From a phage: DNA of 64,000 bases. Below the pieces are notes generated by a model. The model had not been told where the DNA came from. It saw nothing but the letters and a program-made list of their open reading frames with translations, and made no database searches. Shown in pieces: positions 18,764 to 27,135 of this stretch. The number at the start of each line of letters is the position of its first letter. Positions within the stretch are counted from its first letter, which is position 1. The stretch lies in NCBI GenBank assembly GCA_024875585.1, contig GCA_024875585.1_4107.1. The stretch is one strand, 5' to 3'. The position numbers and the translations under genes were made by a program.

Positions 18764-19945
18764 TTATGGTAAAATGATAGATTGTAACGAACTCATACCC
18801 AATGCTGGAACACTAGCCTGTGGTGCTGGAGAATTCAATTTTGGTGATGAAACCGCATATGACATTCCTGAACCCAAATCTGGATCAAAAACTACAGCAC
18901 AATAATTCCCACTATATATAAGTCCATTCTTGTATCCTTGTGCACTTTGAATGCATTTCGTGAACGTACCAATATCTGTCGTGGCATTTATTAAGTTCCT
19001 CCCACGATAACCGCAGGTGTATATGAAATTATCATCGCCTATGTACATACTAGAATCCCCAGAAGAACTACATAGATACGACATATAAGCACGCATGTTT
19101 TTAGGAGCAACTGACAATGTACCTGCATAGAATTTATTATTCGAACCCGTAATATCACCATCACCCAATGCACCAAAACTTCCCCAGCCAGTACCGTAAT
19201 ATCTCTTATCACTCAAAAATATAATACAGTTGTTATTACACATCTTGATTTGATATATCAATGAAGGATCAACCCCAGGGAATGATTCAGTGAATGTTAG
19301 AACAGCCGGATCAGTACTAGCATTACATTGATGATATGTATTAGTACCAGCGGACAAGATTGTTCCATTAGCTAACAGAATTCTCGCAGTACCAGTACCA
19401 GCAGTACAAGCAACTGCACTTCCTGCACTTCCGGTGTATATTTGTCTGAAAGTAAAGAAACCAACAGTTTTACTTCCCTGCCCACTCCAACCAGTATTAT
19501 CAACTCCACACGCCCATACTGAACCATCTTGCATGATCATCATTACACCAAAGCGTTCTATTGAAATATAAACAATCTTCGTTGTATCAACTGCACTAAA
19601 TCTAGAAGTTATATCAGTCCATACCTTAACACTTACCGCCGTCGCACTGGAAGTAGGATCTTCACCAGCTATCATTATCCTCCCATTGTTAGTAAGATAC
19701 ATTGTCTGACTATAACCAGTACTACAAAACTTAACACTATCAGTCTCTGGAACTTTTAACCACTCGTTGTAACGTGTTACGTTAGTGTTATTACCTAACT
19801 GATAATAGTTATTCATCCCAGATACATATAACACACCATCCTTTATTAAACTATAAGTCGCACTATAGTCACTACAGGTATAACGTGTACCCACAGGTCG
19901 CTCAACGACGTTCCCGTACTTAACCATTCTCCCAAAAGGTAACAT
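18764..19945 (-). CDS. RCC1-like beta-propeller protein, paralogue 4 (393 aa)
   Basis: N-terminus MLPFGRMVKYGN; repeats YQLGNNT, GSFGALGDGD. Confidence 0.7.
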   Translation of the reverse strand: MLPFGRMVKYGNVVERPVGTRYTCSDYSATYSLIKDGVLYVSGMNNYYQLGNNTNVTRYNEWLKVPETDSVKFCSTGYSQTMYLTNNGRIMIAGEDPTSSATAVSVKVWTDITSRFSAVDTTKIVYISIERFGVMMIMQDGSVWACGVDNTGWSGQGSKTVGFFTFRQIYTGSAGSAVACTAGTGTARILLANGTILSAGTNTYHQCNASTDPAVLTFTESFPGVDPSLIYQIKMCNNNCIIFLSDKRYYGTGWGSFGALGDGDITGSNNKFYAGTLSVAPKNMRAYMSYLCSSSGDSSMYIGDDNFIYTCGYRGRNLINATTDIGTFTKCIQSAQGYKNGLIYSGNYCAVVFDPDLGSGMSYAVSSPKLNSPAPQASVPALGMSSLQSIILP

Positions 19946-19970
19946 ATTTTCCTCCTTTATTCATTATACT
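19946..19970 (-). promoter_or_regulatory. conserved RBS/-10 cassette
   Basis: same block as 16086..16110. Confidence 0.45.
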
Positions 19971-19990
19971 ATATTTAATACAAAAAGAAA

Positions 19991-20011
19991 TGCCAGTATC
20001 AAGTACTGGCA
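19991..20011 (-). terminator. intergenic hairpin TGCCAGTA-UCAAG-TACTGGCA + T-tract
   Basis: follows stop of 20019..21167. Confidence 0.5.
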
Positions 20012-20018
20012 TATTAAT

Positions 20019-21167
20019 TCATTGTATAAATGACATATCTACTTCTGTATAATTAAGAACGTTCTGTCCAGAAATACCACCCATTACTACTATTGCAAGG
20101 CCACAATAATATAATTTTCCAGTATCCGTAAGTATAAGTGATCCAGATGGACTGCGTACCAAATCACACGAACTATTAAAAGAAGTATAAGAAGGAGTAT
20201 AGGAGTACTGATTATTATTATTACCAACACCTAATTGCCCAAACCCATTCGATCCAGAAGCATATAGAACTTCATCTGCTTTGACAATATGTGATGCCAT
20301 GTTACCAACACAAGTATATAGAGTATAAACTCCTGAACTCAATAATGTCGGAGTTTTATATTGTATATCTGTAGATGTAGAAGTACCACCTGTACCAAAT
20401 TCGTTCCCATATTGTGCACCGAACTGTTTACCACAAGCGTACAAATTATTATCCGATTTGATAAAAAATGTACTCTGATAACTTACATTAAAATCTATAA
20501 CATCCGAAGAAATCATCGTCACCCCAGTAATAGAAGTTTGATTACCCGTGCCCAACTGGTAGTAATAGTTAAAACCACAACCCCATAAAGTATTATCTTC
20601 TCGCAAATAAATGTTACCAACTGCCTTTTTAACCGAAGTTATAGTATCTACTCTTTTGAATGTGTTAAAAGAATTAATGTTTGTACCATCACCAAATGAT
20701 GATATGTTCGATATATTGTTAACTCCACAACAATACAATGTACCATCTTTTGTTATCAAATTCACCTTCATATCATAAAAACTACTCATGTATTTTATAT
20801 CAGAAACATTAACACCACTTGATGTTATCCACGTAGTACAGTCCGTCCACAAAGTTTTTCTATCAGTTACACCAGTGAATGCCTTCGTGTTACCAGTGAT
20901 AAAAACTTTTCCAGTACCTTTCTCTTCATACAATTGACAATCACTACTGTTATCTTCCAATAGAACTCGTTTAACATTCTCCGCACAAAGAATAAATTTA
21001 CTCGATGCTACACCTGTACCAGTACCCCAATTCGTCGCAGAAGATGCATACAACTTATCAGTATAAGTATCATGAAGATACATAGAATCACTGGAATATA
21101 TTTTAAAACGCCCTTCTTTCTCAGGTATAATATTCCCGTACTTAACCATTCTCCCAAAAGGTAACAT
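20019..21167 (-). CDS. RCC1-like beta-propeller protein, paralogue 5 (382 aa)
   Basis: N-terminus MLPFGRMVKYGN; repeats YYQLGTGNQ, GFGQLGVGNN. Confidence 0.7.
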   Translation of the reverse strand: MLPFGRMVKYGNIIPEKEGRFKIYSSDSMYLHDTYTDKLYASSATNWGTGTGVASSKFILCAENVKRVLLEDNSSDCQLYEEKGTGKVFITGNTKAFTGVTDRKTLWTDCTTWITSSGVNVSDIKYMSSFYDMKVNLITKDGTLYCCGVNNISNISSFGDGTNINSFNTFKRVDTITSVKKAVGNIYLREDNTLWGCGFNYYYQLGTGNQTSITGVTMISSDVIDFNVSYQSTFFIKSDNNLYACGKQFGAQYGNEFGTGGTSTSTDIQYKTPTLLSSGVYTLYTCVGNMASHIVKADEVLYASGSNGFGQLGVGNNNNQYSYTPSYTSFNSSCDLVRSPSGSLILTDTGKLYYCGLAIVVMGGISGQNVLNYTEVDMSFIQ

Positions 21168-21190
21168 ATCCCCTCCTTATTCATTATATC
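21168..21190 (-). promoter_or_regulatory. conserved RBS/-10 cassette (TGATATAATG)
   Basis: same block; extended -10-like TG. Confidence 0.45.
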
Positions 21191-21209
21191 ATATTTACCC
21201 AAAAAACAC

Positions 21210-21238
21210 TTGACACCCTTTCAGTACTGTTGTACGAT
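21210..21238 (+). promoter_or_regulatory. sigma70-like promoter TTGACA-N17-TACGAT
   Basis: divergent from minus-strand cluster; precedes family Y array. Confidence 0.45.
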
Positions 21239-21263
21239 AGAAGGAATATTAGGAGAACTACAC

Positions 21264-21491
21264 ATGACAAATACCCTTAAGTACTACCTCAATACTCTGC
21301 CCGACCTAGAGTACGGGAAGTTTCTCGCAGATAGTTCGTGGCTGATTGAGCTAAAAACACATAACAGCCCTGGATGCACCCTTATGATGAACAATGCAAT
21401 TGATACCCTTATAGTGAGTATTTTACATAGCAATATCTACGAGGATAACAATAAACAATTAACAAAAATCTTAGTACTGCTATCTCTATGA
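21264..21491 (+). CDS. family Y small protein (75 aa)
   Basis: ATG after SD AGGAGA; MTNTLKYYLNTL start; track start 21210 is TTG in promoter. Confidence 0.5.
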   Translation: MTNTLKYYLNTLPDLEYGKFLADSSWLIELKTHNSPGCTLMMNNAIDTLIVSILHSNIYEDNNKQLTKILVLLSL

Positions 21492-21700
21492 ACACTATGA
21501 GCACTGAACAGTTCTACATCAATGCACTACCAACTAAAAGTCTTCAAGAAAGCTTACTGTATACACAAAAGAATTTTAAAAACTTCAAACGTTGCCCTAA
21601 ACTACTGAACTCGTACAGGAATAATATTATAAGAAATGTTTTACAAGGAGAAGAAAGTATGCAATACTATCACATCCTTATCCTTATATTGGAGTACTAA
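21488..21700 (+). CDS. family Y small protein
   Basis: ATGA coupling; TEQFYINAL...ILILEY. Confidence 0.5.
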   Translation: MNTMSTEQFYINALPTKSLQESLLYTQKNFKNFKRCPKLLNSYRNNIIRNVLQGEESMQYYHILILILEY

Positions 21701-21701
21701 T

Positions 21702-21911
21702 ATGAATACTGAACATAAAGAATTCTACACCAAATACCTCAGTAACGAAGAACAATTGTTTCTAAGAAGTGTATCACCTGTAAGTACCAATACTCAATTC
21801 GGTAGAGATTGCTTTAATAATTGTATACGTAGTACCCTAGAAGCTATCGAATACAATAACAAAAATATTATGTACTCAGGTTTAATAGGACTAATATTCT
21901 TCTATGAATAA
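21702..21911 (+). CDS. family Y small protein
   Basis: MNTEHKEFYTKYL...LIFFYE; TAATATG junction. Confidence 0.55.
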   Translation: MNTEHKEFYTKYLSNEEQLFLRSVSPVSTNTQFGRDCFNNCIRSTLEAIEYNNKNIMYSGLIGLIFFYE

Positions 21912-22098
21912 TCATAAAGATTTCTATGGTAGTAAACTACACAAACATGAACAGCTATCATTCTCTTTAGCACCACCTATGAGAAAGGATAATCTATATT
22001 ATAATTACGATTTCAGGATGGCGACACGTTATGCAATAGAACATCAGTTCCCTGAAACTAAGTACCGCTCTATCCTGAACCTCATCTTTAAGTTCTAA
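21904..22098 (+). CDS. family Y small protein
   Basis: MNNHKDFYGSKL...LIFKF. Confidence 0.55.
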   Translation: MNNHKDFYGSKLHKHEQLSFSLAPPMRKDNLYYNYDFRMATRYAIEHQFPETKYRSILNLIFKF

Positions 22099-22145
22099 AA
22101 ACCGCACCAGGGTCCGAGTACTTTAACATAGTAAGGCTAATTACA

Positions 22146-22331
22146 ATGAATCACATAAGCTACTACTACCAACAACTATCCGACAGAGACAAGTACAGCC
22201 ACAATTCCCATGTATGGTACTACAAACGCGGCAGTATAAGAGACAAACAACATTACTTCTGTATTTCTATTAAAGAAGCACTAACAACTAAGTACACGTA
22301 CAGAGCAGTACTTAAACTAATCTCTATCTAA
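22146..22331 (+). CDS. family Y small protein
   Basis: MNHISYYYQQL...LKLISI. Confidence 0.5.
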   Translation: MNHISYYYQQLSDRDKYSHNSHVWYYKRGSIRDKQHYFCISIKEALTTKYTYRAVLKLISI

Positions 22332-22339
22332 GGAATACT

Positions 22340-22519
22340 ATGCAAGAATTCTATATAGAACATATAACCATAAAAGACCGTTTCATGTACGACACCTTCG
22401 TGAAATACTACAAACTGGGAACAAAAAGTACTAAAAATATAAATCTCAATAGCTGCATTCATTCTGCACTAACAAAAGAAAATCCCTTCAGGGAAATCCT
22501 TGCACTTGCATCTGTATAA
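22340..22519 (+). CDS. family Y small protein (59 aa)
   Basis: MQEFYIEHI...; below track cutoff; SD AAGGAAT. Confidence 0.45.
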   Translation: MQEFYIEHITIKDRFMYDTFVKYYKLGTKSTKNINLNSCIHSALTKENPFREILALASV

Positions 22520-22529
22520 AGGAATTCAA

Positions 22530-23189
22530 ATGAAACTTAATCCACACAGTAAACAATACCTTAAGCACTTTAAATACCTCAACAGTATTCAAGCAGAATC
22601 AGTTACATCATCTTATACGTATCACCCGAATATACTAAAGAAACGAAATAAAAAGAAAAAATCCAGACCTGTTCTCGTATCTAAGAACCTCAAATCGTAC
22701 TTGAAGAAAAATAATATAGCTCTTGCTTTTATTAGTATCTATAATACTGATTTAAAAGTATTGAGTACTAATACCAGCACAAAAGCACTAAAGAATGCAT
22801 CTATCTATATACACATGGATAATATCCCGTGCACTATAATTCTATCTTTCGGGAATGTATACTTCTTCGGGAATTGTAATAGCACCCATGATATCAGTAC
22901 TGCACAATTCCAAATCGGAGATATGTACTGCATGGGTTCAGAAAAAATACACGATAACATGCACTTCTTCCAAAAGCAACGTACTAACGAAACTGATACA
23001 GTACTGCAATTCCTCAAAGAATTACAAAACAAAGAATTATCCGAGGAAGAAGAATTCATGTACAGTACTGTAATCGATAATCCAGGACTCTATAAAAACG
23101 CGTACAAACTAACAAAACATGTACAGGAACTTATCAGTACTGATAAGAAATTCCATCACCTCATTACGTATATTTCAAACTATGTATAA
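22530..23189 (+). CDS. hypothetical protein (219 aa) inside family Y array
   Basis: ATG after SD AAAGGAATT; track start 22500 overlaps previous ORF. Confidence 0.55.
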   Translation: MKLNPHSKQYLKHFKYLNSIQAESVTSSYTYHPNILKKRNKKKKSRPVLVSKNLKSYLKKNNIALAFISIYNTDLKVLSTNTSTKALKNASIYIHMDNIPCTIILSFGNVYFFGNCNSTHDISTAQFQIGDMYCMGSEKIHDNMHFFQKQRTNETDTVLQFLKELQNKELSEEEEFMYSTVIDNPGLYKNAYKLTKHVQELISTDKKFHHLITYISNYV

Positions 23190-23364
23190 AGAATTCTACA
23201 AAGATAAAATCCCAATGCATCTACAACACCATATACCAAACGTTGCATTGGGCATAAAAGATCACGCAAAGATAATGTTCCAACAATGTACTAAGTACAC
23301 GCTCATATACGATGATAATCCATATATGCTGTACTACGTAGTAATGCTAACATTCAGGTACTAA
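23182..23364 (+). CDS. family Y small protein (60 aa)
   Basis: MYKEFYKDKI...MLTFRY; overlaps upstream stop. Confidence 0.55.
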   Translation: MYKEFYKDKIPMHLQHHIPNVALGIKDHAKIMFQQCTKYTLIYDDNPYMLYYVVMLTFRY

Positions 23365-23365
23365 T

Positions 23366-23545
23366 ATGCACAAATATAAAGAATTCTACCTCTCGTACCT
23401 TAATTCCGATATAGTAACATCCAATACCTTCAGTACTAAAATTATCTATAATGAAGTAATGAAAGAATGTATTAAAGGTGCTATTAACCCTAAAGATACG
23501 TATGACTTGTACTATGCAGTACTAACCCTTGTTTTCACGAAATAA
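23366..23545 (+). CDS. family Y small protein (59 aa)
   Basis: MHKYKEFYLSYL...TLVFTK; below track cutoff. Confidence 0.5.
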   Translation: MHKYKEFYLSYLNSDIVTSNTFSTKIIYNEVMKECIKGAINPKDTYDLYYAVLTLVFTK

Positions 23546-23553
23546 CACATAAT

Positions 23554-23742
23554 ATGAATAACCACAAAGAATACTACATACAATTTCTCCCCAGTATTTT
23601 TGAACACTACGCCAGATATAAAGTCCCCCTGGATAACGATTTGGCAGTACTGGGATTCAATCACTGCATAGAACGAAGTATAGAAAATAGTAATAGCTAT
23701 GAACAATTATATAACACTATCCTACTTATATTCAGGTACTAA
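23554..23742 (+). CDS. family Y small protein
   Basis: MNNHKEYYIQFL...LLIFRY. Confidence 0.6.
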   Translation: MNNHKEYYIQFLPSIFEHYARYKVPLDNDLAVLGFNHCIERSIENSNSYEQLYNTILLIFRY

Positions 23743-23743
23743 T

Positions 23744-23932
23744 ATGCACAAAGAATACTACGCAAAATATTTCCCAATGTATCTCAGAACTAATCTATTA
23801 GATAAACCTCGCGATATCAATGCACAAAACGATAAAGTGTACTTTATTATGTGCACTAAAGCATGTATACTAGATCATGACAGCTACCATCGAGTACTGT
23901 ATCATACACTGTACCTAGCTTTCGTATTCTAA
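23744..23932 (+). CDS. family Y small protein
   Basis: MHKEYYAKYF...YLAFVF; TAATATG junction. Confidence 0.6.
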   Translation: MHKEYYAKYFPMYLRTNLLDKPRDINAQNDKVYFIMCTKACILDHDSYHRVLYHTLYLAFVF

Positions 23933-23941
23933 GAGAACAAT

Positions 23942-24127
23942 ATGCATAAAGAATTCTACTTAAGCCATCTGGATCTAAACTCCCAAATGCTTATACCACT
24001 AATCCCAATAGATATCAAGGATAAGAAAAATACCGAACAATTCATTTACCATACACAGTGTGCGATCACCCCAAATTACATTCCATATGAATTGTACTAC
24101 ATTCTCGCCCTAATATATAGGTACTAA
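23942..24127 (+). CDS. family Y small protein
   Basis: MHKEFYLSHL...LALIYRY. Confidence 0.6.
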   Translation: MHKEFYLSHLDLNSQMLIPLIPIDIKDKKNTEQFIYHTQCAITPNYIPYELYYILALIYRY

Positions 24128-24128
24128 T

Positions 24129-24314
24129 ATGCATAGAGAATACTACACACAATTTGTTAAAGGGAACTACAAACATGCCGTACCCAGAACCCCTTTAAAT
24201 TCTCATGACCCAAGTACTATATTCCTGTTTAATGACGCAATACGTACAGTACTCAATACTAAAGATGAACAAGTGCAGTACGTATTCTTACTTTTACTTA
24301 TATACAGACACTAA
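24129..24314 (+). CDS. family Y small protein
   Basis: MHREYYTQFV...LLLIYRH. Confidence 0.6.
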   Translation: MHREYYTQFVKGNYKHAVPRTPLNSHDPSTIFLFNDAIRTVLNTKDEQVQYVFLLLLIYRH

Positions 24315-24336
24315 CTAATATACAGACACTAACTAA
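24301..24336 (+). repeat. 18 bp perfect tandem duplication (TATACAGACACTAACTAA x2)
   Basis: spans stop codon of 24129..24314 and reaches the next start codon. Confidence 0.8.
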
Positions 24337-24337
24337 T

Positions 24338-24520
24338 ATGAATAAAGAACATAAAGACTTCTACATAAGAAAACTAACATTCGTCCCCGTAAGAATATAC
24401 AAAGAATGCGACCCAAGATTATACCTATGGCACTTCAATGAGTGCATAAAAGATTCTATATACCCTAAGAACTATAAAGAACAATTGTGCTCAGTACTAA
24501 CACTAGTACTATCATATTAA
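24338..24520 (+). CDS. family Y small protein
   Basis: MNKEHKDFYIRKL...LTLVLSY. Confidence 0.6.
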   Translation: MNKEHKDFYIRKLTFVPVRIYKECDPRLYLWHFNECIKDSIYPKNYKEQLCSVLTLVLSY

Positions 24521-24533
24521 TAGAGATAATACT

Positions 24534-24725
24534 ATGTATAAAGAGTACTATATAAGTAAACTCAAAGAGAATGAACAAGCATGGATTAAATCTATAATAG
24601 CACTTGCATTTAATAGATATGCATTTAACAGATGCACAGAGATTGCTATAGAACCTTGTCCTATTAAAGAGAAGGCACAGTACAATCAGTACTACTATAT
24701 GTTAATGCTTATATATAGAAAGTAA
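24534..24725 (+). CDS. family Y small protein
   Basis: MYKEYYISKL...MLIYRK. Confidence 0.6.
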   Translation: MYKEYYISKLKENEQAWIKSIIALAFNRYAFNRCTEIAIEPCPIKEKAQYNQYYYMLMLIYRK

Positions 24726-24847
24726 TTCAACATAGAGACAGGGGAAGCTCCGCAGGGTAAGCATTGGACAGGCTTTAACATATGTTATATATGTTAAAAT
24801 TCAGCCTGGACAAATGCGATCACTAGGATTCTCCCCAGGCTAAACCC

Positions 24848-25088
24848 CGTAATCATATATAAACATTTAAGTAATCATTTATAATCATTGTGGTGATCAG
24901 TAGTGATTAGTATTGAGTACTAGAGTGTAATAGAGTACAGGAATGTGCACGTTTAATCAAGAACGTAGCAGTACTGATATGCCACTAAGTAGGCAGAGGA
25001 AGTCTGCCGTACTTTGTAGTTTCCAAGCTCCTTTTCCATTTTGCAAATTACATCAAATGTAATCAAAAGTAATCACGTAATGATTAGT
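24848..25088. repeat. cluster of at least 9 short (G)TAATCA / TGATTA(G) motifs
   Basis: motif recurs in both orientations in non-coding DNA; candidate protein-binding array. Confidence 0.4.
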
Positions 25089-25135
25089 ACTGAAATATTA
25101 GTTTCATCTTTTTTCAAATACCTTTTTACCCTTCG

Positions 25136-25158
25136 GGATAAATGTATTTTTATCCATT
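25136..25158. promoter_or_regulatory. inverted repeat GGATAAA-N6-TTTATCC with DnaA-box-like TTATCCATT
   Basis: 7 bp perfect inverted repeat; loose match to TTATCCACA consensus. Confidence 0.25.
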
Positions 25159-25198
25159 TACCTTTGGGGTAAAATCCCATTACCCCTTGAGGCTCCAG

Positions 25199-25300
25199 CA
25201 AAAAGTTGGAAAGTACTCCATCGTAAATATGGATCGTAAAAATTTTGGAGTACCTATGAAATAAAAGTTGGATCTTCGAAAGTTGAAATTTACGTTGGGA
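25199..25300. repeat. AT-rich repeat block (AAAGTTGGA direct repeats; GTACTCCA/TGGAGTAC inverted repeat flanking ATCGTAAA x2)
   Basis: nested direct and inverted repeats in non-coding DNA. Confidence 0.4.
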
Positions 25301-25381
25301 CATTGATGTTTTTTGGGATATAATGAGTTTTGTAGTGATGAAGTTTGTACGATTACAGTACTGAATAATGAAAGAAAGCTA

Positions 25382-25409
25382 TTGACATTATGATTCAGTA
25401 CTGTATAAT
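25382..25409 (+). promoter_or_regulatory. sigma70-like promoter TTGACA-N16-TATAAT with no obvious ORF downstream
   Basis: consensus hexamers; may drive a non-coding transcript. Confidence 0.45.
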
Positions 25410-25789
25410 GTTCTACATAGAGAGATGAGTTGCCGCAAACAATTCATTCACTCTACCTCCTGTCGTGAGACAGTACAGAAAAGATAGTTCCTCCTATGCG
25501 TGGTACATCTTTTTATAACCTCTTTTTTAGTAATATAAACAGTACTGGTATTAACAGAATGGTATCAGTACTGACTTTAATCTAATACATTATACCACCA
25601 GCACAAGCTGGTGGATTCCCTCTAACAGTATTCAGTACTACATGATAGTCTTCATCCTCCTAGGGTAACATAGTGAGGGCTATTGTGGGAGTACTGAATA
25701 CTCCTTTCAAAAGATAGAATAATGGTATAGTACCGACGGATTTTGGGCGTAGTTACCCTGGGTGGATTTTGGACGTAGATATGTCTAGC

Positions 25790-25926
25790 CCTCCAGAAGT
25801 CTGGAAGTAAAGATGGCTATCCATCTAGACGGCTAAACGGATAGATTTCTAGATGGCTGTATGGCTAGACGTTTGGATGGCTAAACGGCTAGATGGTTAC
25901 ACGTCTGGAAGTATAGACGGCTAAAT
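25790..25926. repeat. iteron-like repeat cluster (GGCTAAAC / CTAGAYGG / TCTGGAAGT units)
   Basis: at least 5 GGCTA-containing units and 2 TCTGGAAGT units in about 140 bp. Confidence 0.5.
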
Positions 25927-26104
25927 CAAAATTTTTATTTTGTTTTTCCAATAGTTCCCCTACCGCGTGAGGATATTTTTCCCCGCAGTATCTGGAGTTA
26001 GATTTTTCTGAATCTGGAATCATTATCTAATAAACTGGGGGCAATGTCAACCGCCTGGATGAATATTTTTAAAAATAATCTAGTACTGAATTTTGGGCGT
26101 AACT

Positions 26105-26126
26105 ATGCACCCGGTGGGCTTGAGTC
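26105..26126. repeat. dispersed intergenic repeat, orientation B (GCACCCGGTGGG core)
   Basis: preceded by AATTTTGGGCG box; copies at 28244, 30397. Confidence 0.45.
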
Positions 26127-26265
26127 TTTCTCGACTTGATGAAACTATTATACAGTACTAGAAAAATAAAGCAATACCCTAAACGCAAAAAAATTTAATT
26201 AATTTGCTTGCTATCCTGGGCCGTAATATGGTACTATTAGTTCAGTACTGAGAAAGTGCTTTAAC

Positions 26266-26289
26266 CTGCTAGGGTGCGGGAGTGTATCC
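26266..26289. repeat. dispersed intergenic repeat, orientation A (GGGTGCGGGAGTGTATC)
   Basis: copies at 28188, 34916, 38327, 41334, 43624. Confidence 0.45.
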
Positions 26290-26320
26290 TTTTTAAATTA
26301 TATGAATTTTGGGCGGATCT

Positions 26321-26342
26321 CGGCACCCTGTGGGTCAGTGCC
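26321..26342. repeat. dispersed repeat variant (GCACCCTGTGGGTCAGTG)
   Basis: preceded by AATTTTGGGCG box. Confidence 0.4.
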
Positions 26343-26628
26343 TTGTGTCCGGCTTATGTAGTAATTATACGCTTTTTCAGTACTGAGTCAATAGCTAAAA
26401 ACAAAAATAATTGAAAATAATTTAACGCGTTTAAACGGCCCGTAAAGCCCTGGAGTGATTGGAATGGTACAAATGTATAGCTTAGGTGTATTAATGCGTT
26501 AGAATGCGATTGAGGCCGTTTTATGGGGTGTAGTGGTGATTTGATTGATTCAGTACTGAATAATAGTACTGAAAGATAGTTCCCCTATATAGAAAGAAAA
26601 CTATTTTAAAAGTACATGTAGAAAGTAC

Positions 26629-26656
26629 TTGCAAACTATCTCAATTGGCGTATAAT
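26629..26656 (+). promoter_or_regulatory. early promoter AAAGTACTTGCAA-N16-TATAAT
   Basis: A-rich upstream, TTGCAA -35, TATAAT -10; leader hairpin at 26670..26688. Confidence 0.6.
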
Positions 26657-26669
26657 GTTTTACATCGAG

Positions 26670-26688
26670 AGCGGGAACACTTCCCGCT
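26670..26688 (+). promoter_or_regulatory. 5' leader hairpin AGCGGGAA-CAC-TTCCCGCT
   Basis: perfect stem a few nt after predicted TSS. Confidence 0.5.
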
Positions 26689-26711
26689 GCACATAAAGAG
26701 AGATTAAAACG

Positions 26712-27074
26712 ATGGCTACTCAAATCAATAAAATTATTGCTAACCTGGTTAACTTCCGCGACGAGATGAAAGGTCTTCCGGCTGAAACGGTAAAAATTCA
26801 CATTTCAGCTTATCGGGAACTTATTGCAATGTTACCGCTTAAGCGTGAACAATACGCCGCTACCGTGATGCTTGATGCGATGATCCATAAGATGATCGCC
26901 AGTGATTTAACGATGGTTTATCAGTACATGGGCGAAAATTTCGCGGTGTCTGGTAAGCCAGTACCAGGGATGGCAACTACTGAGGAATTGCACGGTTTAA
27001 ATTTAAAACAAGATGCATGGGATAATATGCCTCGTTTCCTGGTATGGGCTGACAGTGGCAAAATTTACAAATAA
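26712..27074 (+). CDS. hypothetical early protein (120 aa)
   Basis: promoter + hairpin + SD AGAGAG upstream. Confidence 0.65.
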   Translation: MATQINKIIANLVNFRDEMKGLPAETVKIHISAYRELIAMLPLKREQYAATVMLDAMIHKMIASDLTMVYQYMGENFAVSGKPVPGMATTEELHGLNLKQDAWDNMPRFLVWADSGKIYK

Positions 27075-27088
27075 GTTTAATAAAGTAC

Positions 27089-27116
27089 TTGCATACTAAG
27101 TTAAAACAAGTATAAT
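27089..27116 (+). promoter_or_regulatory. early promoter TTGCAT-N16-TATAAT
   Basis: AAAGTACTTGCAT...TATAAT. Confidence 0.55.
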
Positions 27117-27135
27117 ACTTTCTATCAGGTGCAAC

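Noticed and set aside
14940-21167. Conserved MLPFGRMVKYGN N-terminus as a T4 prohead-protease capsid-targeting sequence of the kind found on T4 internal proteins
   Set aside because: Only two of the five paralogues have a hydrophobic-x-Glu site shortly after the conserved block, so a conserved gp21-type cleavage site is not evident. A targeting role remains possible but is unsupported.
24726-26600. tRNA genes in the non-coding island (T-even phages carry a tRNA cluster in a comparable region)
   Set aside because: I found no GTTCGAATC-like T-arm, no acceptor/anticodon stem pattern and no CCA-proximal structure by eye. A tRNAscan-SE run is needed to be certain.
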